The notes beneath the pieces are model-generated. The model did not search any database. It was not told the DNA's origin and saw nothing but the letters and a program-made list of their open reading frames with translations. Position numbers and translations under genes: made by a program. A DNA stretch of 64,000 nt from Phoronis australis (Eukaryota; Animalia; Phoronida): NCBI GenBank assembly GCA_002633005.1, contig NMRA01000640.1, positions 153,320 through 217,319 on the forward strand. Direction: 5' to 3'. Of this stretch, positions 11,214 through 25,999 are shown piece by piece. How positions within the stretch are numbered: position 1 is the first letter of the stretch; each line of letters begins with the position of its first letter.

Positions 11214-14188
11214 CTAGAATATCAATTAATTAATTAACAATTAGTACGACTATGAACATATGTGGACTACCGCCTGATACGTTAGGATGAAACCACTACT
11301 GTTAGAATTTGCTATTTTATATCTCTGGTGAAAGCGTCCAACAATAACCCACATAGTAGCTCTTCCGGTTTTAAAGTCAGTGGTGTCTCGTTAAGTACTC
11401 ACTTGGCCTGATCATTTAAAATTCACAAATACATTCTCTGGCATCTTTCGATAAAGTAGAAAATTGATCGTTCGTAATCTATAATAGAAATGCCACTCGC
11501 ACAGAGCGACAATTTTATTTTTTCGTACGACACAAGTACACAGGACTTGAACTAAGAATGATCAAAATAAGTCGGAAGGGGAGATAATGCTGTCGTGTGC
11601 GCTACGTGTCATCATGGCGGTTGCATTAAACACAGATCAGCAGTTCCAGAGTATTTTGATCTGTCAAGATACTTCCTGTTTGCGGGTGTCAGTATCATAT
11701 GGATAATAAACAACATCTGTCCCCAGTTTAACTGTTTCAATAAACGTAAGATTATGTCTCGCGCTTCAGTTTGTAGTAAAGTCTGAATTTATTTTAAAGA
11801 CTACATCAAGCTATAATTACTCCGGAAGTCAACGAATAATGCATGTTCATGTATTAAGGAAGTATGCGTCCATGGACATATCACAGTGCTGCTAAAACGC
11901 TAATAAAGTATTTTGCTGCTTGAACGCAACTTGATATTTTTAGACATCTCTCATACATGTATCTGCCCTTAAGCTACCCTCAGGTTACAAAGAAGGATCA
12001 TTAAACGATAAAATTTGTGAATATCGCTAAATTTAGGATTTAAACACATGCAAATGGAATAATTTAGAACCATGAACACCATACACTGTACTTTATTTAG
12101 ACAGGAGTTCAGTGCTCGCTTGAAGACAACTTTGAACACAATTTCCAGTGATGGTAAATTTTCGGTACTTTTCTCGAGCAGAGCCTTGGAGGTACTGGGG
12201 GTCTAGGAAAATATTACATAAACTTCCTGCAAAACACTTGGAACTTCAAATTTTATAATCCCACTGTTCGTTTAGTGTTTACACATTGGCTGCTCTTTAT
12301 TGACGTCTCCGGTTCAGCCGAGTCGACCACTAAACGTCTGATTAGTTCTGGACGACGACTTCCGGTTCACAAACAAATCAGATGTTTTAGACAGTTGACC
12401 TGGCGGAACCGGCTAATTTAATCAAGTGAACCAGTCTTTCTGCTTCATTGTCTTCTTAATTAATATCAGGACCGGTCTCAAGGAAGATGGGTACGCTTTC
12501 ACGGAGAACTGAGAAGAAACTGGCAAAAGTCTAGAGAAGAATATATACTTCTTTCACAGGTGGACACGTTCTCACAAGGCAGACACAACTTCACGGTTGT
12601 TTACCGAATACTTGCAGCACCAAACAGCACCCCTTTTGAAATTGTTTGTGTTCTCGTTTTGGGGTGGAATATCTGCACTTCACTTTTTAATACGAGTTAA
12701 CCTCGTAATTAATAAACGTAACAAAATCGTTTATGGAATTGGGTTTACTGATTGCATCAACGGGAAAATTCACAGTCACTAAACAGTTTTAACCATTTCG
12801 GCTTGAATTGCGTGGATCTTTAAATAATACCGAAGCCAGTACAACATACAGCGTTACAGGCATTAGCCTACAACGCCATCTACAAAAATTGTTTAAAATA
12901 GGTGATATACCAGAGCTCCATTCCGTAGACGACAGACACTTTCGAATAAAGCAAGAAGATACGCGTGAAGATACATGTACGCCACAATGTCTCGCGTAAT
13001 TTTGCATTTTCACGAGATCGTGGCCCATAGATAGCATTGAGTCATTTTTTTCATGGAAAAGACGGTACTTTCGTATCTCTTACCCAGGGATAGCGATGTG
13101 CCCCGTTTTTGGGAAGAAAGGGAGACCGTATATTTGACTCAGAGTCGCTACTTTTTGCCAAGAAAAACAGGCGACTTTTTATTTGCGAGTCTGAGATAGC
13201 TAACCCCTGGTCAGACTTAGTCTCGACCAATGAAAACAAGTCTGATAGCGAAAATTTACCGTTTTCTAAATAATACAGTAACAGCGGCTTTGATTGGATA
13301 AAAAGATATCTTTGGACAGAGAAAGGGAATTCGACATTTTTTCTAGGACACACCGTTATCTCTTGGAAACCGAAACGAAACTCGATATTTTTCTAGGAAA
13401 AAGGTGGTGACTCTCTATCTCTGGCCAACAAATGGTAAAAAGAAACAAGTCTCTCTCTCTCTTCACTGTCGCCTTTAATGACCGGTTGTAAAATTACAAC
13501 TTCAAGTCACAACAGAAACACCTGAAGCCAGGCACCTACCGTTCGTAGTGAAACGTGCCACTGGGACGGCAGGATCACTTTAAACTACAGATATGAAGTG
13601 TTAATTTTCGGGATGCGTGGTGCAAACACGCGATATTCAATCTTATGCTCCATTTTAGTCCAGACAAATCATATATTAGTAGGCCTACTAAATGTCCACA
13701 TTGATGCCATAAATTCATTTAATTCTTATGCAGTGAATGCAGGAATTGGACGCAAGTTTAACGAAAATTTCACTGCGGGTATGAAACTTGCCGCACCGGC
13801 AACACAGTCAATGAACTCCGTTCGATCTATTGTCTTGTCAACTATAATTTGGACCACTTTCTCGCCGTAGCAAAGAAATAATATGAAGGACGTCTACCCA
13901 AAACATGAACCCTTGGTTTTCAAAGAATGAATCACACCAGGGGTTGTGTCGTCCGGCTTCACAATGTACATAACGGAAGATGGAGGAAAACGTGATTAGA
14001 ACACACGTACGATTCTCAATCGACTTCCCTAACGAGTACATGTTCCTCTCCGATGCCTTATGAAATGCGATGAGCAAATGCTAACCGGACCCAGAATAGG
14101 ACATTTGGATTTTTGCAGTTGGGCAATCTTGTACGAATACCACTCACAGAACGGTCCATTCATTGTACAGACGGAGACTAGTACTCAC

Positions 14189-14362
14189 CATAACACATGG
14201 GGACTGTATCGTTCCATTCATTTCCGTTACAGAAGATTTTCTCGCTGCCGCTCATGCTGAAGTTTCCGGCACATGAGAACGAGATCACAGCACCCTGGAG
14301 TTCAATTTTCTTTAACCTCAAATTCGGTGGAAGCGAAGTCAAAACATCAGGGCAGCCAGGTG
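14189..14362 (-). CDS. Exon 3, Sushi/CCP domain 2 (not in ORF track)
   Basis: Manual translation PGCPDVLTSLPPNLRLKKIELQGAVISFSCAGNFSMSGSEKIFCNGNEWNDTVPMCY; TTTCAG acceptor, GTGAGT donor, phase 1-1. Confidence 0.9.
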
Positions 14363-17090
14363 CTGAAACAAGATTTGGGCCGAATTAGGTGGTCTGAAGG
14401 TGGTGTTAAGCATGAGAAATAATTCTGCTCGTCAAATTTCCCGAATCACGTGACACAAGCTCATTTTAGCTCATCTTTCGGATGTCCGTCTTCTTAGGCA
14501 CCCGAGGAGGTCAAAAGTCACTTTTTGCAAAAATAAGAATAATTAAGTTAGACATTATGAATTTCGTATAAGACTGATACAACGGAACGTATTGCAATCA
14601 CTTTTAAGGTCATTTGTTTCACGTATCTAGTCATATTAGGTGCATTTTCTTCTGAATTTTCGACGTTATCAGTCCACCGCGTGGACAATTACGCGCCTGT
14701 CTATTCTCGGCACTGCATTCTATTGCAACAACTCCAAATGCCACCAGGTAGACACACTCTATTCATAATCACCTACAATCACCACCATTATTACGCCATC
14801 ATCATTAGCACCACGTACTGAGTTGTTACTCCCCTCATTGGTAGTAACCGTTTAGTTACAAGTACAGTCTTCGACTAACATTTACTTCCTCGTTTATTTT
14901 TATATTAAAGACTTTTATTTTTATACAAATGTACTCTTAAGATCGTGCCAACAAAAATACTGATAGGAAATTGACTTTTTCTAAATTTCTAATTCGATAT
15001 TACTGTTTCTTGTCGTGAAAAACTAATTCATGCAAAATAGATTAGCGAAAAGCTCGGTCGCAACCGTTGTCGTGTAACTAGCCTAAAGCGTAGTTACACT
15101 TGTCCGTTTAGCAGGCTTTGTAAGAAGTTTTCAAAATTTACTCAAACTTTTGAGCGCTGAAGACGGTTATAGAGCACTAAAACCAAAACGGGTTTGGTAA
15201 CCCATGCCAAATTACGTCGTATGACGGGTCGCAAGGTATTGTTAAACTAGCGACATTCGTGCGACGGGCGTAAGCGCGTCGTATGGTTATCGATTATGTC
15301 ACACTACCATTGTTTTCCTTGTTGCGTCTTTGTTGGATAAAACAATGCATATCGTACCTTGCATGCACATCAGTCAGTTACCGATAAATACTTGCCATTA
15401 TCTTTATCATATAAGAAAGAAAACAAAGTGAACTGGATACGTCAATCTATCGTTCTCATTGCGACGAGCTTGTGACCTTAACGGTTACCACACCACTTCA
15501 GGCTGTGGCGAGTATACATGTAGGTCAACAATGACGAGTAACGTGCAGTGCCTAATTCAGGACGACCAAAGCAATCATAAGTAGATGTAGAAGACTGGCA
15601 CGCGCGCAAAACCGTTCTTACGATTCCAGCAGTGCTATAGTTCAATCTTGGTTCATGTTTCAGATTCGATTCAAATAAATACATCCTTTGAAACATGATG
15701 GCAGGAAATTATTGAGGATTTGCAAGATAATATGGTAACGAGTTGCACTTCCCATAATCTATTAAACTAAAAGTTAATTAGCAAAATCCCAGATTGGGAG
15801 GAAATGCCCTTGGAACAGCCCAGACAAGAAATGAGCACCGAGATTGGTGAATCAGTGTGTGCGTGTCCGATTCGTTAACTTCCATGCCGTTGGAAGCCCT
15901 GGGCAAAAACAACAACCCTTGAAATATGGTTTTGAATTGTGCATCGATTCAAACTAAGTCCTGCACAGGGGAGACAATCCTCACACCCCTGGACCCATGT
16001 TTCTGTTCTGATTACGTACGGTACAGCGTTGTTTTGTTTTTGCATTGAATAGGCAAATCCCGAAATACCCAAGCACCATCTACGATTCGTTCGCTTTCTA
16101 CCAACAATTATGCGCGTTAGGAGGTGACTCGTTTCACTTAACTGTTGTGTTTTTGTGCATATCACTATTTTATGCAAATATTACGCCTTTCCTCATTCTG
16201 TCCAGTCCCAATGCTGGCACGAAAAATTCGAAAGCTACAGGTGTGTTGTAATAAATTGTCCTCTCGTGTTCTTTTCAGCTCAGAAGTGTTTCATAGCCTA
16301 AACAGAAACTGGGTCCATCATTCAACTAGTTTCTCTACCTCCCCAAAATGCGCATTGTTGGCCAGAGGGTATTCTGTTCTCGTGTACCAAAATACATTTC
16401 ATTAATTTTCACTTTCATAATGTTTTCAAAATGAATGTTTTCCCTAATTTTTCTGAAGTGTTTGCACAAATGCACACGAGCCTTATAGGAGTAATTTAAC
16501 ATATATTAGCGCATGGGTCAACATACACACATTTACACGTACGGTAAATATAAGCATTGCAAATTTAATATACTACTGTTACGTAGCCCAGATATCTAAG
16601 TGGGCCAATGTGCCCAATGGAAACGTCCGCTATGACGTAAACACAGTAATCACATCCAGCTCTATTCCTGGAATACGTAAACAACACGGATGTCAGAATT
16701 ACTAACACAAAACATTACATGCCTAAATTCAGTATGAAGTTGATATATAGAACAGTTTTGGTTTCTGGAGAATAGGTAGGTTACATCATAGGCGAGAGAT
16801 TCTCAGGACTAAAACCGTAACAGGCTTTAACATTCTGTTTGCATTGGTTAGTTCGAGATTTACGTTCTTTTTATTATTGTTGCGCCAACGAAGTTCTAAA
16901 TAGATTTACTGTAACACGTTTCAAACTGAATCGTTAAGTAATTGCACGTGAGGCTACAATATTTATATGAATTTGTTTTTTGTTAGTTCTGTTGCGACTT
17001 TTGTTTAACAAGGGATTATTGTAATAGTCAGATATTATAAGCAGTCTATAAGTGTTATTTTTGCATATGTCGTTTCATTTTGTAGGTAAT

Positions 17091-17243
17091 CAGGGAGGGA
17101 TCGAGGATTTTTAGTTGGGGGCGGCAGAGTATTAGCCAGGATTTTGACCGTCAGACATTTCCAACTCCGAACTGCCAAATGGGATGTGGGAGAGTTTTAG
17201 GGTGGGCCATGCCCCCCCTTGGCCCCCTCTAAATCCGCCACTG
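17091..17243. mobile_element. MITE family C with perfect 5-bp TSD GTAAT
   Basis: cagggagggatc ... aatccgccactg; inverted homolog at 59969-60125. Confidence 0.88.
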
Positions 17244-17869
17244 GTAATTATATAATTTGGTTACGAATCATTTCGTCCCGATAACTTTCTGGTACACGGT
17301 AAACACACCCACGCAGCGTTGTGCAAACTGAAGCAGACGTGTTGTTTTAATCACTTTTGCTTTTGAATAATCATCAAATCTGAACCCAACAGATTTTCGT
17401 CATATTAGCGTTAATTTGACCTCACACTCAAATGGGAAGCACATAAAATGGCCAAGACACGGTTAAGGGTAATAGTGGACCGTAAACGTCCTGGTGTCGT
17501 CCTGATAGCTCGATGGCTCATTTCCCCCTTCAATATGGCTGTTGAGATAGTGGTCATTGATTAACCGGTGACGTGTTATATTCTCAATTATGTGGCAAAT
17601 AAACGTGTAATGGAGTTAAATCAATTAAATCATGCGCTGACGGCAGGTTATTTGATCATTTAAGATGAGACAGTTGCATCTGTAGTACGCAAGGCATGCC
17701 TGTTAGTACTACCAGCTTACTGTTAGGCGTTATTAACAGCGGGTAGTAAAGTGGTTATCTTTTTAGTAAAACTTGTATTGAAAGCAACGAGGATATCATG
17801 AACACGGAGACGAGGAAGTGGCTGACCAAGAATATACATGTAGATAAGATTATACGTCAGTCAATGACC

Positions 17870-18125
17870 CTAATAATAACAGTAACATTGACAATAGCAG
17901 TGACAGTTATAGAAATAATAGTAATAGCAATAGTAGTAAAACTAATAATAGTAACACAAATAGTAATAGTAATAGTAATAGTAATAGTAGTAATAGTAAT
18001 AGTAATCGTAATAGTAGTAATACTAATAGTAGTATTACTAAAAGTAATAGTAATAGTAGTAATGGTTATAGTAATAGTAGTAATAGTAATAGTAGTAATA
18101 GTAATAATATAAAATAATAATAAAA
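17870..18125. repeat. (AAT/AGT)n microsatellite, largely (GTAATA)n
   Basis: Directly visible; explains the poly-IV and poly-IT ORFs. Confidence 0.95.
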
Positions 18126-20512
18126 AGAGCATAGTATAACTAGCACCACTATTATTGTTATGGTTACTGTTATAAATCACTTAAAAATATGTGCACTAGG
18201 AAATTTCGATGGTAGATGCTGGTTTGCTATTGTTGCAAGTAAACTTGAAGCAAGTTCTTGTGAAAATTCAGTTCCTGGTTTCCATGTTGAGGTTCAAGTG
18301 GAAAATACATGTACCTTCTGTCGAAAAGAACTTTTGATTAAGACCACCTATTGTAACAAAACTGGTCTTGCCTTGTTCATTACTCAGTTTCGGAAGAACT
18401 TTTCTAGCCAGAGAAGAACTTGCAGTTCTTTTCAAAAGCGAACACAATGGACAAAAGCACATGAGTAACACACGAACAACATCCTTGATAAGATAACACT
18501 CGGGGGATAGCCGCCTCTGCTTATAAACATAATAAAAACGAATCAATTTGATAGGGACGCTTGTGTCTAAAAGCGAATAATCCCGTAAAATGGCGTCAAT
18601 TTGCTCCTTGAGAGGACTCGTCAGTCCCGTAATTCTTGAGCCCATGATGCTGGGTGCATAAAATGACCCGCCTGGTTAAGTCGTTATAGTGAGACTGGTC
18701 TTGAACAATAACAAAATACAGAAATCAATTCTTATTAAAGTAAGAAGCAAATTGAAACAGCACATGTGTACGTCGTCAGTGCAGTGTTATTTTTAACAGG
18801 TGAGTTTACTGTGCCTTTAGTATCCCTGGGGTTTGTTTCATGAAAGGGATTTGAGACTTGTGACAGAAATTTGGTCCAACGCTCCTCATTAATATTTTAG
18901 AAAAATAATTAAATCTCACATGAGCAAAAATGCAGTCTCTGAAAATGTACACGAAACGGCTGGTTTCCGAGATACGTTCTATAAATTATTCCCAGACGGT
19001 AATGCGCTCCTAATTATTTGACTAAATTTTTATTCAGCAATGGATTGGGCGCGTAAGACCATGTTTCTTAAATCATTTTCATGAAACGGACCCTTGGTGC
19101 TCAGGCAGCCACCATGATTTAAGGAAAATACACGATCATAATAATTAAACCCATTTTGAGTTAAACGTTTCAACCGTTAGTTATTGTGCCCAACACGTCG
19201 AGGAAGGAGCGGTATGAAGACACATTCAAACAAAACCTTCCTGGTCACCAAGGATTGAGAAAGTCGAATCTTATAGTTATTTATATTTGATAACCACTAT
19301 GAACCTGAAGTTTTAAAAGTCTATTTTATGCCACGTGAAGTTATTGTTTTTTGAGCTGCGCAATTCCTAACCTCTTTAAAAGAAGGACTTTAATATCAAA
19401 CTACTGAGATTTTCAGACTTAGGCAGGGAGTAGGCACATAAACCTCCAATCGTTGCTAGTTGGTTAAACCAATTTACGCGCGGTTTGGTTAAAACAAGAG
19501 TTGCACTATTGTTGACAAGAATGGTTCCCATCGGTACACTAGCCAGTAAACGTGTTTCACGGGTCAACAGACGCGCTCAATTCACAGCGAAGAAGACTAA
19601 AGTTGTCCAAACAAACGCACCTACATGTAACAACCAGCTACTGTACAGAAAGAATTATGTGCCTCTGCACAGACTGTTTTCGTTACAAGACCTAAATTTC
19701 TAACATTAAAAGATCTTTTAAACAATTTGGTTGTTTTCAAAAGCTAAATTTGCCAACAACTGTATAATGTACATGTATGGCGTCGGTGTCATTAATTTTA
19801 ACCTCCAGTCATAAAGAGCTCAGCCATCTATTACGTACATCTATTGTCTTCATATCGCGTTCAAACAAACGCCTACCAAAAAAACTAGATCACTTTCCAC
19901 ATGCAGTTCGGTCGCTAAAGCGCACGGTCAGTTACCTGTCTCGTGATCTAGCACGTGCAACATGGAAGCGTTAGAGGGTGTTGTTCACCCTCTGATACAG
20001 CACCACCATGTAAAAGTGGCCTTGTGACATCAGTGGTGATGAACAAATACAACTGCATGACATGGGCATCAATGATTTGGACGTGTGTCGTATAAATGGT
20101 GCTGAATGAACCAGAAAAGTATTGCGGATCGTTGTTTTTTTGTTTGACACCTTTTAATCTCGTGTGTGTCAAAAAACAGGAATGGAGTAGTTACCTATCG
20201 GCGACCTGTTTGTGTTTGCGGACTTAGCTTTCGGGCCTGTCCTGAGGCGCTTCTCGTTCGTCGGGTTACTGGCGAGGTTCTCAAAACGAGTCGTCGATGG
20301 GTAACTACTATGTAACGGAGCCAGCTATGACCATTGATCCTGTCTCGAATGCATCGCTTTAGTCTGTCACCACGAGATTTATCAATAGGTGTAGCAGTAT
20401 GCTGATGCGTTCTCAACACCAGACAATAATTATTTCAAAACCAATAGGAATGTTAAAATGTTACTTCGTTTTGCTAATCAATGAGACGCCATGCTAGATA
20501 CGAACAACTTAC

Positions 20513-20701
20513 CCACACAGATGGGTGGCTCTTTGTTCCACTTGCCTCTGGGGGTGCATGTCGCAATCACGGGCCCGACCAGTCGCAGACCGTTGTTACA
20601 ACGGAAACTCATTACCCTTCCACCGGAGACCACTCTTGTGTAACCGTTCTCTAACTTCAACGTCGGGCAGCGAGAACGGGAGCGTGCAAGTCTTCGCATG
20701 C
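20513..20701 (-). CDS. Exon 2, Sushi/CCP domain 1
   Basis: CPTLKLENG...MSFRCNNGLRLVGPVIATCTPRGKWNKEPPICV, 4-Cys Sushi with W..P.C; AG acceptor, GTAAG donor, phase 1-1. Confidence 0.9.
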
Positions 20702-21089
20702 CTTAAATAGAAGTTTGAAATATCAGTTACTTTTGGCGATACTCAAAAATCTTTTTTTTTTCATTTCCATCGAGAAATATACCTTCAAAACCTTTCCCAA
20801 AACAAACTGTAGGCGTCGTCTGAAAGAAATATGAGTGACGCCAAGAAACCGACCTGATAGGTCTAACGTATTTTTACAGATATTATGTTTTACTTGAATG
20901 CCTGATCTACTCTCCGTTAACGAGGCTCCGGTGTTTAATCTTTTTACTAGAAATTGAACTCGAAGTTATTTTTTGATATTTCGTTTTCTACTTAAATGCA
21001 AACTCATAACAATTAAAATGTTTCCGTGCTCGAGTATGCCATGGTTTCATGGTTTACGTTGATGACTGTAATCTTCCACTTGGTGACTC

Positions 21090-21295
21090 CAGCATTATAG
21101 CTAGAAGTTCGAGTCAGAGCTCAAACTTTTGATTTTTGCTGGAAATCTCAAATTTTTACTCGAGTGTGTAGCTCGAATCTCGGAGTGACGAAGAGCGAAC
21201 TTGAAATGGAAACGCATCTGTCTAAACTATTATGTACTCGAGTATAGAATTCGAACGGAAAAGGTCAAAAATAATTTCGAGTTCGAGTTCGAGAA
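21090..21295 (+). repeat. Old dispersed repeat ending AAAAATAATTTCGAGTTCG; related copies at ~40760-40925 and ~55915-56132
   Basis: Shared blocks aagttcga, ctcaaa.ttt, gcgaacttg and aaaaataatttcgagtt in the same order. Confidence 0.65.
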
Positions 21296-21609
21296 GACCC
21301 TGGAACCAGGGTTTAAGTCGAGTGTTGCAATGTTTGAAATTGGAGCAGATCTTTGATCTGGAAATGTACTAGCAAAAAAGCCGTAAACTTATATACTTTT
21401 CTTACACGGTAGAGATACAATAGTGAAAAGTATCTGAAACTAATCGAAACTGTTTCTATGAATCACCAGCCTAGAACTCCAGCAAGCTGGCAAAAAGAGA
21501 CATCTCGACAACGTGGTTATTAATACTGGTTTGTAAATTACGAGATAACCATCTAAGTCATTACAGAGCAAACAGAATAAGTAAACATTTATCATTTCTT
21601 TTTATTGCC

Positions 21610-22450
21610 AAGGTAGGGTAGAGTGGGACAAGACGTCCACTAGGGTGGTGGAACGCCCACTTCAAACTAGTGAGCACGTGCTGTGCACCACGCGCACAAG
21701 CGCCCACTTGACTCTTTTCCTAGCTCAACAAGAAGCCGTAAATGCATACGTTTGTTGATATTAGTATGGGTTACAGTGCTAGCTTGATGTCCTTTTTAGT
21801 AATTTCCCTAGTTACGAATAAGCATGCCACTGATACTTCGGTGGGTAACTAATGTACAAAATGTTGTGAAGACAACACGCGTGCCCTTAACCGAAATTGA
21901 ATTGACAGTGGTAGATTGTATGACATGGTGTCTTAGGAAAAACCTCCTCCCGTAAGCTGTAAGTCAGAGACAAGGCGCCCATAGGAGGCGTCTTGCTAAT
22001 CCTTTAATTAATTTCCACAAGGAAAAATGTATAAGTTTTGAATTCATGTGCCTTACAGCAAAATTCATAATTACAAAGCGAAAACAACAAAAGGGCAGTA
22101 TGGTGACAAGACTGTTAAAGGAACCCTAGAGCTTATTCAAAGTAGCACTGTCCTTGTTAAGAGCAATGACCTATACATGTATGTATACCTGGTATGAAGA
22201 CAATACGCGTGCCCTTAACCGAAATTGAATTTACACTGGTAGATTGTATGACAAGGTGTCCTAGGGAAAACTCTCGTGAGTCAGGGGCAAGGCGTCCATA
22301 TTAAGCTTCGTGTCACACTTTGCATAAAACTTCCACAGGGTAAAATTGTATCAGTTTGAATACATGTGCTTTACAGCAATATCTACTATTACACAATGAA
22401 AATGATAAAAAGCTTATTCAAAGTGGCACTGTCCTTGTTCAAGGCAAGCA
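21610..22450. repeat. Probable DNA-transposon relic with an internal ~300-bp direct duplication (21867-22165 vs 22195-22445)
   Basis: gaagacaa.acgcgtgcccttaaccgaaattgaatt... occurs twice. Confidence 0.65.
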
Positions 22451-25400
22451 ATGAAGGAATGTCATTTATGGGATGTTGGGGGAGTGACATCTAGCGGCGG
22501 CGAATTTTTGCGTTGAAATGGTCAGTATAATTCCATTTGGTCTATGGTTTTATCGTGTGTAATTCGTTGTACACTAACTATCTGCATTGAAAAGAAACAA
22601 AACAAAACAAAAAAACAAGTGGTTCCATCTCAAAATATGAACCATAGCACTGGAATTCAAAGATGGCGTTGCATAAGACTTTACGGTTCATAATCAGTTT
22701 GAAGGGCTGAAAAGAGTATTTTGGGGGATAAGTGTAGGTTAGGATAGACTTCTTGAAGTTATCAGTTATGAACAAGACTATAAAAGTTGTTGTGTTATTG
22801 TGGTTTACAATCGCCAATTCCAGCAATGCAGTAGAATATGAAATTGAGGCCAGTGTCCTTATCGGTTCATATTTTTCTTAGTCTAGCTTGGTTTTCAGTG
22901 GGAATGAAATGGTCAAAATACAAGAGAGAATAAAGTTTCTGTGCTCATCTGCAGGGCTTTTTATGTGAAATAATTGAAAACATGCCATTCTTTGCATCCT
23001 GTTTTTGACAGAGTGAAGAAAAGGTGACAAATCAAGTGATGTGTGTTTTGCTGGGCAAAACCCAGTGAGAACTGTTCTGTGCCTCCTAAACACCGGTTTT
23101 GTCGGCCATTTTTTCCGCCATCTTGAAAAACCGACTTCCGCCACTCCGATTTCGGTAGATTTTTTTTCTGACACTAAGGGATGTTTGAAGATGCCATTTA
23201 TGCAAAAAAACCTTCTGTTGCAATTTTTTCTAGGTTGGGCCCTCTGGAGCCCTAGAATGACTGGACTATTGGTTGACTGCGATTGTTTCGTGACTTTCTG
23301 TCTGCGGGTCTCCACTTGCGGTTTGAGGAACTGTCATGTTTTATTAATTCCACTGTTATAGAAATCTACTGAAAATGTTCATCATACCTTTACCAGTAAG
23401 AGAAAAGTCTCAATTTGACAAAAACGCTTATAGAAAAGGCAAAAGTGTCGCCAAAAAACCGCGAGTATTTGCACTCTGTCTTATCTAAACACGTTTCGCC
23501 TCAAGCAAAGCGTCCAATTTTTTAAAGTCGTTAATTCCTACTTGTGGGAAATAACTGTGCAAATCAGTTCGCGGTAATTGAATAGGAAACTGGGAGAGAG
23601 AGTCAAACTCAATAGTTACTACATGAATTTTTAAAGTTCATCGAGAAAAGAAATAATGGGACGTTTATCGCTTTGCTAGGTTGTCTTGCTGTCTGCAAAT
23701 TCAGATAAATTACACGTACTGCTCTCAGATTGAGGTGTTGGCACTTTTCATGGGAAATGATATTTAGAATTAACTCACGGTTTGCAGGTCTGCTTTCGTT
23801 TGTTTGTAAATTAAGATTGGCCACAGTTGTTTATAGAAATAATGTTATCGCCTAAGCGTCAAAACCACACGACTGCAATTCCGGCCACAACGCACGTGTT
23901 CTCTTATATATTGCACAAATTGTTTGTTTACGAAAGTTTGTCGATGAAAAGTTGATAAATTTTGTGACAAGTTTTCTCCGGGCGTTAAGTAAGCACAACG
24001 TTTTTTAGTTTACAATATTCCTCCCCGCTAATATACTAAAGAAAATGCGTCTATCGAGAGGTTTTGATCGATTTTACAAATGTTAGTTAACTGTACGGAG
24101 AGCCTGGGTGAACATCCAATTCATGAAGTTTAGACGGCGCTGGGAATAAATTGCGGTAAGTCTTACTGAAACTAAAAACAGATGTGGGGGACATTTGGTA
24201 TTCAGTGATAATCACGAAGCACAACATTTCGGTTGCGAAGCAGTAGCTATATACATTTTGATTACATTTTAAGATACGTGTAACCTTCAAGTGAAACCAA
24301 TGACTATTAATGTTTCGGTCAAAGCACATAGGTATCGTAATCAGTATTAGTGACACGGGTATTGATTACCATTTGCCTGTGGTGGCACGGGCAAAGGGTA
24401 ATTATGGCACCAAAATGCAACTAAGGTTTTCCACCCAGATATACGAATCACCGGTCATTTAACATTCATTTATATACATTTCAGTGACAAAATGATGCAC
24501 CCCTCTATTCTTCATGCAGTCGAGTCTATGTCTCCACGTCCCCAGAAGTATGGCAGTGTTACTAATACCGTAAAGCCCGAGCTTTTAATTCACCAAGTTC
24601 AACTCGCGTGGTTTAACAATTCTTTTGAAAACGCCGGCTTCTCTTCAGACACTTCTTCTATAAGAAACATTCCTGCAGCCAAGTTGTTGGCGGTTAGCCA
24701 TTGTGATGTTACGTCATGATTTCACAAAAAACCCGAACAGGAAACTTGACACCCCGCAGTGCATTACTATGGGCGGCGCACCATAGGGGACTTGGGGGGG
24801 GGCATAGCCTCCCCACTTATTTCAGTTCTGCGCAGCCCGTGTCTATCGTGCGATCATTCATATCTCGGACATTTCTTGGGATGAAGGCAAAACCACGTCG
24901 TGATACAGCTGCAGCAGTTGTTCGTCGTTCCCGTAGCAACAGCATCCAGAATAACTTCGTTGCTGACAACAGGTGTTCCACAGCTCAGTGCGACCGAACA
25001 TGCCAATTTCGTTAATAACGGACTGGTGGCCTAGTGTTTAATTTTACTGAATTTGTAAGACACTTTAAGTAATTGGCGACTGAAAAAAATCCGTCTGCGG
25101 TGTAACAATTCAAAACTTGCCTCCAATTAACGATTGAAGATATCACGTAGACAAGAGCTCAATTTCGCTTAAACGCACGGCGATACATAAAACAGCATGA
25201 CAGCTATGGAGAGGAAGTTTTTGGTTAAAAAGACGGATTTCCTTCTTATAGGCACCTTTTAGTATAATAACTTCGATTTAAATGATCAATCACAGCCTTC
25301 AGCTCCACGCGGTCTCTCTAATCATTTATTTCTATTCCGATTGAATCGTCCAATTTGCTATGTTTGCGGGCGTGTCAACACTGGCGAAATGAAATTACGT

Positions 25401-25569
25401 ATTGTTTGTATACCCTTGAAATCATACGCCGCGTGACTACACGCAGAAAATAAATTCGCAAAAGATATTGGAAGACGAAGGGAGAATTGAGGAACCTGAC
25501 CTTTCACACTTTAAAAAAAAACAGTGATTTACTGAACATTTCATTTAAAACTGGAGAGTTTAGAATATA

Positions 25570-25999
25570 GGGCCGGGTTGCATGAAACAGTCCCATTTAG
25601 GGACTCAACTAAGTTTCCTAAATCTTTTGCTTATTTGTGTCTTTCTTTACTCACAGATGTTTTCTTTTTCTACCATTCCATCATTATAATGGAGTCCTCC
25701 TTGACTAATGAAATTTTCTAATGACATAAATGAATGCTGAGTCCTGAATTCAATGAAAATAAATAAGGACTTAGCCCTTAAGTTAGGGGAGTTGCATGAA
25801 AAGATCCCTATTTAATTTCGAAAATATTGAGAATTTAAAGACAAGCTCATTCTCGATTTGTACCAAAACCAAATAGTTATGGACTTAGTAATGAAATTAA
25901 AACAAAAAAGAAAGCAAAATCGGTTTTTCACAAGTAACCAGTAAATTTAGAGAACTTAGTTGAGTCCCTATTTGGGCACTGTTTCACGCAACCGGGCAC
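25570..25999. mobile_element. PIF/Harbinger-like MITE with ~55-bp TIRs
   Basis: gggccgggttgcatgaaacagtccca...agggactcaactaagtt mirrored by aacttagttgagtcccta...ctgtttcacgcaaccgggcac. Confidence 0.8.

Noticed and set aside
13538-13590. Possible micro-exon between Sushi 2 and MAM (GTAGGT donor)
   Set aside because: In-frame TAA or phase mismatch; exons 3 and 4 join cleanly without it
17798-18180. Poly-IV and poly-IT ORFs
   Set aside because: Translations of a microsatellite
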